A stretch of DNA of 64,000 nt from Octopus vulgaris (taxonomy: Eukaryota). Positions within the stretch are counted from its first letter, which is position 1; every line of letters begins with the position of its first letter. This document shows positions 43,380-56,530 of this stretch, piece after piece. The DNA is taken from the NCBI GenBank assembly GCA_951406725.2, contig OX597815.1, positions 201,128,001-201,192,000 of the forward strand. Reading direction: 5' to 3'. The position numbers and the translations under genes were made by a program. The notes under the pieces were generated by a model, which worked only from the letters and a program-made list of their open reading frames with translations, was not told the origin of the DNA and did no database searches.

Positions 43380-43783
43380 TACTCTTTTACTTGTTTCAGT
43401 AATTCGACTGCGGCCATGCTGGAGCACCGCCTTTAGTCGAGCAAATCGACCCCGGAACTTATTCTTCGTACGCACAGTACTTATTTTATCGGTCTCTTTT
43501 GCCGAACCGCTAAGTGACGGGGACGTAAACACACCAGCATCGGTTGTCAAACAATGCTAGGGGGACAAACACAGGCACACAAACATATACACACACACTT
43601 ATATATATATACACATATCCGACAGGCTTCTTTCAGTTTCCGTCTACCAAATCCACTCACAGGGCATTGGTCGGTCCGAGGCTATAGTAGAAGATACTTG
43701 CCCAAGATGCCACGCAGTGGGACTGAACCTGGAACAATGTAGATGGTTAGCAAGCTACTTACCATACAGCCACTCCTGCGCCT
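43380..43783 (-). mobile_element. Full CORE-type SINE copy
   Basis: Reverse complement aligns with 18554-18981. Confidence 0.92.
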
Positions 43784-44310
43784 ATACATACATTCATACA
43801 TTTCTGCTGTGTGCATGAGTACTAAGTTTTAACGTTTTAACTTGCTTCGACTGTTTAGAGCTTGCAAGGAACGCATGTAACATGTGATTATCACATTGGC
43901 AATGACAGAGAAAGTAATCATCGTAATACCTGCTCAGAGGCCAACGTGAAGTTGCAGAAAGTGTATTACATGGAGATATTTCTCTACTTCCCCTCCCCAA
44001 GCTTTCAGCTATATTTCATCAACTCTTAACCTTCACTTGCCCTAGGGCGCTGGGTGTGTCCCGGCAAGTGATTGCATCAAAGATGCAGATCAAAAGTAAA
44101 TGACAATAATAATAATAAAATCATAGGTATGTTACTTCTAGTATTATATATGTAAAGAAAGAATAAACATCATCATATAGATGGCATATAGGTCAAATGA
44201 GTTTAATCAGACATGTCGTGGTACAAAAACAAAACCTAGCATTGTACATCTCTAGAAGTAGTGGAAGAGATGCTCATTTTCTCTGTATATATAGATAACA
44301 TATATACTCT

Positions 44311-44640
44311 CAAGGATACGAGTAGTTCAGACGTGTGCAAGATGGCCTCAAAATGTCGATAGAGAAGAACGTTGTGGGAGACATGAAACTAGAAGATCTG
44401 AGGAAAACATTACAGCTGTAGGGAAAATTGTCGAATCACCATCCGTTATATATCAGTGGATATGCAGATTACTTATGTTTCAGTCCAGTCCATTATCACA
44501 GAAGATTCTGCGCGTGAGACGCGTGTCTGCCAAGTTTGACCCAAAACTGCTTTCAGCTGACCAAAGAGAAACTCCGGTTTCATTTGCTCAATATCTCCTT
44601 GGCTGTGTCGAGAACGATGAAAACTTTTTCAATAATTTGC
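44311..44640 (+). mobile_element. mariner transposase N-terminal/central fragment
   Basis: VDREERCGR..RSEENI and VRRVSAKFDPKLLSADQRE...ENDENFFNNL (WVPK-like motif). Confidence 0.8.
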
Positions 44641-44779
44641 GTCGGCCTCTGAGCAGGTATCACCAAGCTATTGGCAAAATTTATGGTAGACTAGAATTAG
44701 AAATAGAACTAGGGTAGTTATGATATTTAGTGGGACATTCCTATATACGGGTGGAAGGTGTGAGTTAAATATGTAACTA

Positions 44780-45159
44780 CTAACAGTATCGCCCGGCGTT
44801 GCTCGGGTTTGTAAGGGAAATAACTATATAAGCATTTTTAGAGAGTTATAGCTAAAAAATAGCAAAAAAATGCATTAAAAAATGGAAAAGAAATGATGGT
44901 AATTTTTTTTTTAATTGTTGACTCATCGTAGACATTTTTAGAGAGTTACTTCCCTTATATAATGGCGAAAAAAATGCATTAAAATGCATTTTAAAATCGT
45001 AGACTCATCGTAGACGCGCGCTAATACCCAGAAAGGCTCGATATGAATCACGACTATAAGATACCCAGTTTGGGTTAAACTGCACCGCAAAATGTGGGAG
45101 TAGTTACGAATCTAAATCGTAGGAGACAGACAGCACACAACCTCACTTTTATATGTAAA
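44780..45159 (-). mobile_element. Non-autonomous Helitron
   Basis: Minus-strand 3' hairpin CCCGAGCAACGCCGGG about 11 nt before a TTAG|T end; 5' end resembles TATATAAAAGTGAGG; internal subrepeats. Confidence 0.72.
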
Positions 45160-45517
45160 TATTTTCTGCTCAAATTTCTCTGTCATTGTCAATGCGACGA
45201 TTACACGCTATAGACGTTCCCTCAAAGCACTGCTGTAAACAGCAAAAGTGAGCTAGAATGTTAAAACGTAGTGTGCGTGTACAGCAGAGTTCAAGGTCAC
45301 TCTTTTCCAAGCGGCTTCTCCCTGTGTGCTTAGGCTTCGTTACTATGGCAACAATTCAGATACTTACTGATAAGACCACGTACGTGTATATATGTGTGGG
45401 TGCGTGTTTGTATGTGTGTTTGTGTGTGTGTGCGTGTGTTTGTGTGCGTGAGAGAGAAACTGAGAAAGAGCGTGTGTGCATATGTAAATATATTCATATG
45501 TATGCGTTTACATGTGT

Positions 45518-45843
45518 GTGGCTCAGTGGTTAGAGCGTCGAGCTTACGATCGTGAGGTTGTGAGCTCGAATCCCGGACCGGGCTGCGTGTTGTGTTCTCG
45601 AGCAAGACACTTTATTTCACGTTGCTCCAGTTCACTCAGCTGTAGAAATGAGTTGCGACGTCACAGGTGCCAAGCTGTATCGACCTTTGTCTTTCCCTTG
45701 GATAACACTGGTGGCGTGGAGAGGGGAGGCCGGTATGCATGGGCGACTACTGGTCTTCCATAAAACAACCTTGCCCAGACTTGTGCCTCAGAGGGTAACT
45801 CTCTAGGTGCAAACCCATGGTCACTCATGACCGAAGGGGGTCT
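45518..45843 (+). mobile_element. tRNA-derived SINE family 2
   Basis: GTGGCTCAGTGGTTAGAGCG...GAATCCCGG; ends GACCGAAGGGGGTCT. Confidence 0.92.
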
Positions 45844-45904
45844 TTTTTGTGTGTGTATATTTGCCTGTGTGTATCTATACGTATGGGTATTCTTGTGCTT
45901 TTTA

Positions 45905-46295
45905 ATAGCCAGATTTTGATAACCAGTGTTCACTGGTTTCCGGCCCCGTAAGTAGCTGTTCGGCAAAATGATGCCGATAGAATAAGTACTATGCACTAAA
46001 ATAATAAACTGGTGTCGATTTGGTTAATTAAAACCGGAGAAGAATGCATCAATGTGGTGCTCCAGCATGGCTACAGACTAATGACTATAACAAGAAAAAG
46101 TAAAGATAAAATAAACGACTGATTGGTTTCGAGTCACTCAGTAAGTGAATGTATGATTATTTGAAACAAGCATGTATTACGGTGGATTTGTTAGACGGAA
46201 GCTGAAAGAAGCCCACCGTATATGTATCCGTATATGTTTATATGTATGTATATATATGTATATATGTGTGTGTGTATGTGTGTGTGTGTTTATGC

Positions 46296-46328
<33 letters not shown>

Positions 46329-46562
46329 TATTCATGCATTTGTGCCAGTCCATGTCTGTGTGTCTGTATTTGTCCCCCAGCATAGCTTGACAACCGATGT
46401 TGGTGTATTAACATCTCCGTAACTTTGCGGTTCGGCAAACGTGACCGGTAGAATAAGTACTTGGCTTACAAACAATAAGTACTTGGCTTCATTTGTTCGA
46501 ATAAAGCAGTGCTCCAACATGACCGCAGTCAAATGACTGAAACAAATGAAAGAATAAAAGAA
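45905..46562 (+). mobile_element. Two degenerate CORE-type SINE pieces (45905-46110 and 46180-46562)
   Basis: GATAGAATAAGTACT and GTGCTCCAGCATGGC-type motifs of the family. Confidence 0.75.
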
Positions 46563-47042
46563 AGTATATATATATATATATATATATAGACTTATATACA
46601 CACGCATACACACACATATACACACTTATATATATGCATATATATATATATATACGTGTACACACTTTGTATGTATAATTTCCAAGTATATTTAAATTAG
46701 AATTTATATAATAATATAACGTTCTTATACACACGCGCTTTCATAACTACGCTGTTATGAAGTTTGTTTGGTATTTGGGGTTTTGATAGTTTAATGTGGA
46801 TATTATTAGTGAATATGTGCTATATAAATATAAGAGATCAAGAATCGTACACAACAAATTTTGAAAATAAAGTATAATATAGGTGTCGTTTATATGAAGA
46901 TCAAAAGGCTGCCATATTTTATAAACGGCAAGACACCATTTATATAGCCATTGTATGTATTTGACCTCAATGTTTTTATTCTCAGGAGCAATCTACATAT
47001 ATACACTCACACACATAGCCACATATACATTACTCAGTAATG

Positions 47043-47073
<31 letters not shown>

Positions 47074-47094
47074 TATATACATTACTCTGTAATG

Positions 47095-47130
<36 letters not shown>

Positions 47131-47684
47131 TTGTGGGTAATGTATGTTTGTATATTTATTATGTGTATACATGCATACATGCATTCACAATTATATAAAT
47201 ATATACGCATATACACGTATATAGATATATATATTCTCGCGTGTAATATAATTTAGTAAATTGAGGATGAAAGAGTAGTACCAAACGAAGATGTTTGATC
47301 TCACATTTCTGATGGGTCCCCTTAAAACTTTGCATAAAATAGGAATTTTGAAGCGTATATGTTGCCATTGCGTGAATTCACTCAATGTAGCTAGACAATT
47401 GCTGTATCAGACGCATGGAATAATGTTTGATTGTATTATGCACGAATTCCTGCATACTATTCGAAACAAAATAATAGGAAAAGCGGAGAGGAAAGCATTG
47501 TAGTCATTGTTGAGAAATCGGGTATTTAGATCGATTTTATCATCTAATGCGCCAACGCATTCCTAGTAGTTGGCTGCTAGCCACAGCAGATCACGTTCTG
47601 CTTCATAATTCTTATCTAGATATTAGCCTATGTAACGAAAAGATATACATACACAAATATATATGTAAGTATATGCATTATTAA

Positions 47685-47726
<42 letters not shown>

Positions 47727-48342
47727 TATACATTATATATATATATATATATTAACGAAATTATTAGTAATATTGAAATTATGAACAAATGAAGAAAAAA
47801 CATACACAATTTATAAATCTCGACAATTAAACTAATATACAAAGCTTTTTGTATTTATAAAGTGATAAATCACTGAAAATATTTTAATATATTGATGCAC
47901 TGGAGCCTAAGTTAAGTAACCCAGGGGCGTGTTTTCTGAGTAAGAGAGTCCAACAAACACAATACATAAGCATACATACGTAAATACATGCTTCAATACA
48001 AGCATCGATATGTAGATATGTATGCGCTTGTGTTTGTGTGCTCACAGTAATATATATATATGTGTGTTTGTGTGTTTTAATCTTTGCGATTTTGTGTAAG
48101 TTAATGAATGCATCTGCTTTATCTATCAGCAATATTATAGATATTCAACGCCGGAAATATATGTAATAAAACATAACATGCATTGTCATAATAGCAGATT
48201 CATGGACTCCATTACAGGATGATATAGCTGTGTGTGTGCGTGTATGCTTGTGTGTGTGTCTGTGTGTGAGCGTTTGTGTGTGTATATATATATGTATGTA
48301 CGTATAAATATATATCTATTTATCTATCTATCTATCTATTTA

Positions 48343-48380
<38 letters not shown>

Positions 48381-48407
48381 CAGAGATAGGTAGATATTTA
48401 TACGTAG

Positions 48408-48440
<33 letters not shown>

Positions 48441-48542
48441 AATACACATCTATCAATATTTATTTCTATGCAACGAGGTATCTAGAGATTTCGATATATG
48501 TGTGTGTGTGTGTGAGTGAGTCTGTGTGTATGTATGTATGTG

Positions 48543-48617
<75 letters not shown>

Positions 48618-50076
48618 ATATGTATGTATGGATGCATGCATGCATGTGTGTGTATGTATGTATGTATGTATGTATGTATGTATGTATGTATGTATGCATG
48701 TATGGGTGTATGTATGTTGCTGACATGAACAGAGTCTGCTTGCATGAATATGAGTACGTTTGTTTACATGCGATGGTACGCAAGCATTTATGATAATTTA
48801 ATTTCGTCATTATCTAAAACTATCTATCAATAAGACAATCATTTCCTGAAATGCCTGTCTTAATGGAGAGATATATATAAATCAATATATGTATATACTG
48901 TCATGCATTTTACCCATATACTTTGTGATTACTTAACTATAGCCATGCACAAAGATACATGACATACGTAAGCACAAGCGCACACACATAGATATAGACA
49001 CTCTCTCACACATACAGATGTGTGTATGTATATATATATATATTCATACAAACATACATGCATACATAACCCATGCATATATATTTATATCTAAGTGTGT
49101 GTTTAGGTGTGTGTGTGTAAAAATCTCCGTGTTTTGGTGCTTGCTTATTATCTAATAAAGTATTAGGCTAACTTCTATCTTCCATTTCCAGATGGCCGTA
49201 TATAGCCATATCTATGGAATCATGTTTATAATAATGCACAGGATGAATTATTTAGGATAAAGCTGTACAATTTATGGTACACATTTGTATTTTCTTGCAA
49301 TTTGTTCTATTTCCTAGTCAAATCCCATCGACTCCACTATGATATTCCATCTCTGTTTCAATCTACTACTAATCGAATGGTGAATCTGTTTTGTTGAAAT
49401 ACACATATCTTCTTATAAGCGACATTATATTATATTATTATTAGTGATTTTAGTATACCTCAAACGTCATTTCTTTGTATTTCTGGGGTTTATCGAATCA
49501 ATGGAACCATTCTTTAGTTACTGTAAAAGCTTATGTTCACAACAATGCAAATTAATCTAGCAACTACACCGTGGACGATGAAGATAAATCTTTTAGAATA
49601 TACTCTAATACATTTAACACACTCAGAAACTTGATATCTTAAAGTAGGCTCTTTCGAGTAATTTGTGAGGAGAGAGAGAAAGTGAAACAGAGAACGAGAT
49701 GCGGTATTTATGTGCATCGGTGATTATTCTTCGAGCAAACATGATGAAGATTCGCAAATGATTCTACAATTACTTCCGTTTGTTTTATGAATCGTACATT
49801 GATCAAACTCCTGACAAACAATCTACACTAGGCAGTTGCTCTTTAATAGAATTATTTTTCTTCTTTTTGTTTCATGTGTGCATATGCACACATGAGTTGA
49901 AGTTATATCACGGGCATTCCAAATCGAATTTTCGCCTAAGATTTGCACATATGTGGATTACAAACGACGTATAGAAGAAATAACGTTGTAAATCGTTAAA
50001 AGCACACAAATATATGCACTCACGCATTTATATTCACACCCTAGTACACACATAAGCATATGTGTACACAATAATA

Positions 50077-50130
<54 letters not shown>

Positions 50131-50131
<1 letters not shown>

Positions 50132-50304
50132 ATCGTTAGCCTCTAAACACCTTTTTTTCTTTCCTTGTGTTCTGTGTCCCTTTCTGTACAAGAGCGTAGG
50201 CTCGAAGCGTAAAAGACTTTCTATTCCTGAGCGTTATACTAATACATCTGTTTGTTTTGTACAGCACCTGTCTTCGTCTTTTGTTTTTTTCGTAAACTCT
50301 CCCT
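50131..50304 (+). mobile_element. PLE pseudo-LTR with hammerhead motif at 50180-50215
   Basis: CTTT-CTGTACA-A-GAGC(gtag)GCTC-GAAG-CG-TA-AAAG; same family as 15966-16143; TA runs on both sides; adjacent to a PLE RT. Confidence 0.78.
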
Positions 50305-50379
50305 ATATATATATATATATAAACGTAAGAGTGTGTTTGTGGGTACACACAATACATACATATATATATTTCCTTCACG

Positions 50380-51030
50380 AGATGCACAGGTCCAACTGCT
50401 CCATCGTTTCTATTTACAACTGCCCACCGAACTTATCTCCAAGTATCTTCACCAAGTTGCCGCCCCTTTGGTAGCTTCCTCCCCTCGCACATGCACGACA
50501 CCAACCAAGGTCTCCGTTTATGTACCTTTTTCTTCCTTCCTTCCTGCTCGCTCTTGACTCTTGTTCATTCTCGATATTTAATCTTTATACATGGTGAATC
50601 CACGTAACGGAAGTCTTTTTGTTCTCAAACATATTCTGGAACTTCGTCCAGACCCTCAGTCCGACACTTTTAATTTTCTTCGTTTGGCTAAGTCCATCTT
50701 CTCCATCAACTGCCTCTCGTTCCCGGGAAAATGTTATAATCAGATCTTTTTCGTTGCCATGGTAGCGAGAATGCTTCCCAACAATGCGAACCTGCTCGTT
50801 GGCTATGTTGATGACCGAATATTGTCACGGTTTCGTGGTCTACTCCTGAGGTATTTGGTCGTTATATCGACAATTGTATCAACACGACTTCCCTCTCCCG
50901 TGAAAATCTTGACTCCTTTCTCTCCTTCGTCCTCCCATCATGACCTCGATTTTTCTTGCATTGTCTATAAATCTCCTGTTGAATTTCTTGACATTTCTGT
51001 TTGTATTCATCACTCCTCTTACTTTCTCCT
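50380..51030 (+). pseudogene. Penelope-like element reverse transcriptase fragment (degenerate)
   Basis: PTELISKYLHQV..PLV, DI*SLYMVNP, LKHILELRP..LRLA...NCLSF.GKCYNQ..VAM..RM.P..ANLLVGYV and EFLDISV match PLE RT motifs; stops and frameshifts present. Confidence 0.88.
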
Positions 51031-51469
51031 TCCACTACAGACACAGGAACCTGCACTCCTTTCTCAACTTCACTTCTTCCTTACCTACCCAGGCTGAACT
51101 CTCTGTCCTCTGCTCCCTTTTACTCCGTCCACGTCGGCGCTCCAGTGACGAGCAAGATTTTGAAATACAGTTTATATGAAATACAGTACGTATATATGTA
51201 TGTATGATTGTATGTATGTATATGTGTATGTATTATGTATATATATATGAATGTATGCATATTCATATTTACTATAACACGTGCATCTGAACTGCTACAA
51301 TCTCTCAATACCAGCATTCACCTTGAAGCGAAATCGAAATCTGTAAAATCATAAGCATATTATACCACGTGAAGAAACTCTTTTGTACTCTGCATTCCAT
51401 CGCGTTTTATTAAATCGTTCCCGCCTACTAGGGAGCAGTACAACATGATGCCGAAACGAGTGTTATGAC

Positions 51470-51546
<77 letters not shown>

Positions 51547-51839
51547 TGGTGATCTAAACGAATAGTACGCTGGGTAACTGGTGTAACGGATTATCGGGTT
51601 TCCAAGCTCGTAACTGAGACGTTAGCTATGGATTTGTATTAGGTTTCCTATTTAGCAGATATAAGATTAAATAATGTATATGACTTGGGATGATTGCTAT
51701 GATTCGGCGATTGATGTCCTCTTTCAAACACACACACGTACACACACACACACACACGTATACATACACACACACACACTCACAGAGAGAGAGAGAGGCA
51801 GGCAGATAGCCAGGCAGATAGGCAGACAGATAAACAAAC

Positions 51840-51899
<60 letters not shown>

Positions 51900-52932
51900 A
51901 GTGAGAGAGAGAGAGATGCATACCTGCACACATACACAAACACATATATATATATATTCACATGGATAAATATATCCATGCATACATATATTTATGCATA
52001 TATAATAGCTACTGACTCAAAGCCGAAGAACAGCATCTCTGGCTAATATCATATTATACTTTCGTTAACTACCCGTGAAATCTCAGAATCTGTGATACAT
52101 CATTTCACTGCACTTAGAAACCATTCCATCTTTGCACATCATTGCATCGATCTATGTACCTTGATACGGCGCTTGGCGCTTCCAAGCCACTGATGGAATT
52201 AAAACACTTCTACACTTAGTTCATGCTGTGCAATATTCTTTTAATTTTAGTTTGATCTGGCGAATCCATTTCAGATACCCGCAACGGAAATAAATAAGCG
52301 ACCAAGTTAGCCATCTCTTTCGACAATCACCCATTTCTTTGAACACGCTTTCAATATCTGTGGCTAATTCAGGAGTTTCGAAAATATCTGCTGTATCCTT
52401 TAACGGGTATCGATCAAAACAAATTTTCACAAGTTGTTTAACATATTTCAAGAGTTCATATTCAATGACAAAATTTACAGACATAAAATGCTGCCTTTAT
52501 TTGTTTGAAGGTCTACTCGTTCGTATCAGTTTATGGATATTATTATCTTTCATGCGCACACAGTATCAAGTCCAATTTTATCGGTGCTTGTGTTCCAGTA
52601 ATTGATTGCTCAAGGTCACGACTGCCCGAAATATCTCCGTGGTTGAAGTCCACTACGACCAGTTGAAACTTTCAAAACAATTTGAGATCCTCTGATACTG
52701 AAAGTACTTACCTTGATACTTATATAGGATGCATTATTTTTATGCAAACATTAAAGTGAGATAATGCACGGGTATGTAACACAGCAACGTTTGTCAACTT
52801 AAGAATCCTATGTGAGGCATCACACTTGTGAGTTGCAGTCTGAAGTCTAAAAGATATTTCGTTTCCGAATTTAGCGAAAATTGTGGCATGGTGTGGCCAA
52901 ATATTTCAGGCATCTCGAGTTATATAATAATG

Positions 52933-53092
52933 CTTTCTACTATAGGCGCAAGGCCTGAGATATTTTTTGTTGGGGTGGGGATGGGGGAAGTTGGTTCAAT
53001 AGATCCCAGTGCATAGACCCAGTGCATAAGGACGGGCGAAATGCCGCTTAGCATTTTGCTCGTCGTGTTAACGATCCTGCGAGCTCGCCGCC
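52933..53092 (-). mobile_element. Meta-domain-type SINE, internally deleted
   Basis: Minus-strand head GGCGGCGAGCTCGCAGGATCGTTAACACG. Confidence 0.7.
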
Positions 53093-53283
53093 TTTAATTT
53101 ATGTAATAATGTTAGAGGTATTGATGACTTTTCTCCTATCTTTATATCCAAACATTTTAATAATTGTATTAATAATTGTAATTCAAGTCTCTTCCTTTAC
53201 CATTGAATGTATAGCTAAGGTGTAAGCTGAAGTTGCAGTTAATTTTAACAGAATGAATATATTTAACTCTACATATGGAGGAG

Positions 53284-53393
53284 AATCTGGACATCGGTAA
53301 TCATTATGCTAACTTCCATAATCTTTACTGATAGACGAAATCTGGACATCGGTAATTATTATGCTAACTTCCATAATCTTTATTGATAGACGA
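53284..53393 (+). repeat. 55-bp tandem duplication
   Basis: Two units AATCTGGACATCGG...GATAGACGA with 2 mismatches. Confidence 0.95.
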
Positions 53394-54665
53394 AAAACAC
53401 ACGCGCGCGCACATACATACGTCTGTATGTATGTGTGTGTGTGTGTGTGTGTATACATATATACTAAGGTTCCAACGATGATCATTGAGGCAATCTTCGG
53501 CAAATTGTTGTAATGGAATGATAGTTTCTGTAAAGGAATTGCAACATTTATTGCATCAGATACCGCTAGACTCCCACATACGATATTTTCCCGCCATGTG
53601 TTATGTATTTAACTGAGTAATAACTGCAGCTGATATTTTATTCACTTGTAATGATCACATATTAAATTCCACTCATTTACTGACAAACTATACAAATGTA
53701 ATATATTGCGCGCAATATAGCTTGAAGCTCAATATAATCCGGAACAGCGTAATTCTTTATTCTTGTTTTGGGTTCTTGGCGCGCTAGATGAATGTCAGTC
53801 ATTTTGCAGTAAGCTGAACAGATACTAAAAGAGAGGTAGGCTTCGGTTCAACTTTAGGAGGAAAAAAAAACAAAAACAATCCTCCTGCGGCCAAATTTCC
53901 TCGCTGTGTTGGGTAAGAAGGAAGAGAATTTACGACTGACGTAAGCAGATTATGTGCAATTCGTTAAAGGAGTATTTCCTATTCTTCAAATATTCTCATG
54001 TCAGGATCTTCAATTCTACAACGTCTACAATAGCTTTACTATAACTTATGTAGAATACGGCTTGTACAACACACGAGAAACGTTACCCAGCCTATGAATA
54101 TGATCCAAAGAAGATCAGAGCTAGATAGAAAGCGCACACGCTTGCTATTCTTGTACCTTCCTGGTATTCAACTCCAGCACAAGATCCTTAAATTGCCCTG
54201 GGTAATTCCATGCACAAAGGTTTTTTTTTTTTTATGCCAGAATGACATTGTCATAAAAATATGCGTTTTAAAAAAAGACAGAAAATGTCTTATATCATAT
54301 TATCAAAGCATTGTTTTTTTTCTTTCTTCAGAAGCTAAATATTCAGTGTCATGCTGTGAAGAGTTTGATGCCAAGTGTGATCAGTAAAGAAAAACCCGGA
54401 CTAAAATTCACAAGATGGTGGATTACCACTTATCTGTCTCTTTCTCTCCCCTCCCATTCTCTGTCTTCCTGTCTTCCACGTTATATTTATGTATAAACGT
54501 ATGTATGTATGTGGGAGTATGTATCTACGTACGTGTGTATGTATGTATGCATGCATGTGCGTACTTCCACGCGCACACAAACTCATGGACAAATAGACAA
54601 AATTAATACGACAAAGGATACAAATCCTGCTGAGGTTTGTATTAATAAATAATTAATACAATATT

Positions 54666-54894
54666 CTTTTAGTCTTTTAGTAGTTTAGTTGTTTCAGCCA
54701 GTTGACTTCGGTCATGCTGGAGCACCGCCTTTAGTCGAGCAAATCGACCCCAGGACTTATTCTTTGTAAGCCCAGTACTTATTCTATCGGTCCCTTTTGC
54801 CGAACCGCTAAGTGACGGGAACGTAAACACACCAGTATCAGTTGTCAAGCAATGATAGGGGGACAAACACAGACACACAAACATACACGCACAC

Positions 54895-54952
<58 letters not shown>

Positions 54953-55116
54953 ATATATACATATATGTAGTTTCCGTCTACCAAATCCACTCACAAGGTT
55001 TTGGTCGGCCCGAGGCTATAGTAGAAGACACTTGCCCATGGTGCCACGCAGTGGGACTGAACCCGGAACCATGTGGTTGGTAAGCAAGCTACTTACCACA
55101 CAGCCACTCCTGCGCC
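54666..55116 (-). mobile_element. Full CORE-type SINE flanked by a 103-bp direct repeat
   Basis: Aligns with the family; repeats at 54563-54665 and 55125-55227. Confidence 0.92.
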
Positions 55117-56222
55117 TTACACAAACTTTCACGCGCACACAAACTCATGCACAAATAGACAAAAATAATACGACAAAGGATACAAATTTTGCTGAGGTTT
55201 GTATTAATAAATAATTAATACGATATTATTTATTTTTATTAAGAAAAAGATGTTGGTATAAACAAGAAAGAAATGATACTTACACCAATACAAATGGAAT
55301 ATTATGTGAGCTGTTGTTGGACTAAATATGAAAAGTCACCGTCATGAATTCCTTGATATTAGTTGGTCATGGTGTGTCGCTGCTGTCGCCATCAGTGTAT
55401 TTGGACTGTGACACCGCTCATATCAGTTGCTGGTTCACTGCTACTATCTGCTGACTGCATACTTTTGGCTAGATTATGTTTGATGTATATCGATGTTATT
55501 CGTCACACGCTGCAGAAATGAAATTACTATTACATCCGGTTCCAATCTGAATGGTCTGGTTTTTAGATGATGTCGGTAATATTTCAGCGAATCGTGATCG
55601 TGATGCATAGTTGTTTTGCTTTCATTTCTTTTTTTTTTTCCTGCTTTTTATTTTTTCTAATTTGCCTCGGATATAGTGATCCGAGTTCCATTTCTAACTT
55701 TTCAAATTACTAAAGATTCCTGCAACTTATGCAGGTGAGTATATGTATTTGTGTGGGAGAGATCTATGAGGCTCCTAATTTTAATTATTGCATTACATTC
55801 TTGTAGAATTATCTTCGAAATATGTTCGCAGAAAACCAATTTCAACAGCTCTTTGTACATATATAATGCATCATAGAAGATGCAGAACTTACGCGCAGAT
55901 GCTTATAAGTTAGTAATGCAATATTACATACCATGAATTCAGCAGGATTAGATAAATAATATGTTATGGGTTTCTCTGGGAATATTTTACAAATACGCAC
56001 ATGCACTTACACACACACACATACACACACACGCACACATTCACACACATACAATGTTTTATATATAGTATATATAAATATATATAATTCAGCAGTAGAT
56101 CATTAGTATATATTTATGTATAATATGTTCTGAAAATTGTAAAAGCACGATGTCAGAGATATTTCTATACGAGTCACGTTATCGTATATACGTAAAAACA
56201 ATGCACGTTCTTGTTAAACATG

Positions 56223-56530
56223 TCTCTCTATATATAAACGGCAAAATGTCTGCGTGTGTGTTCTTTATACAAATCCACAATTTTTCAGTTAGAGGGCTCG
56301 CACTTTCTATGGTCATTCAAAACCGTCCAAGTGTGGTCGTACACATCTTTGCCTTTCCCCAGTCACCCCGCAAAGCCATTAAAAAATGAATAGAAGTGAC
56401 TTTTTGTGAATTTTCTATCCAAAACCCAATCGAAATGCCCGAAACTTGATACGCCATTTGAATGCCATGTAGCTGTATGTGATTGGTCGGAGATTTGGAC
56501 AGTACTCGCGTTGCCGGGTCATAGTGCTAG
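56223..56530 (+). mobile_element. Non-autonomous Helitron
   Basis: 5' TCTCTCTATATATAAA and 3' GCCGGGTCATAGTGCTAG|T termini; hairpin partly lost. Confidence 0.65.

Noticed and set aside
46117-46147. Minus-strand GAGTGACTC-GAAA-CCAA-TC-AGT
   Set aside because: Catalytic core absent; too decayed to call
53284-53393. CRISPR-like repeat
   Set aside because: Two adjacent units without spacers in eukaryotic DNA; a simple tandem duplication
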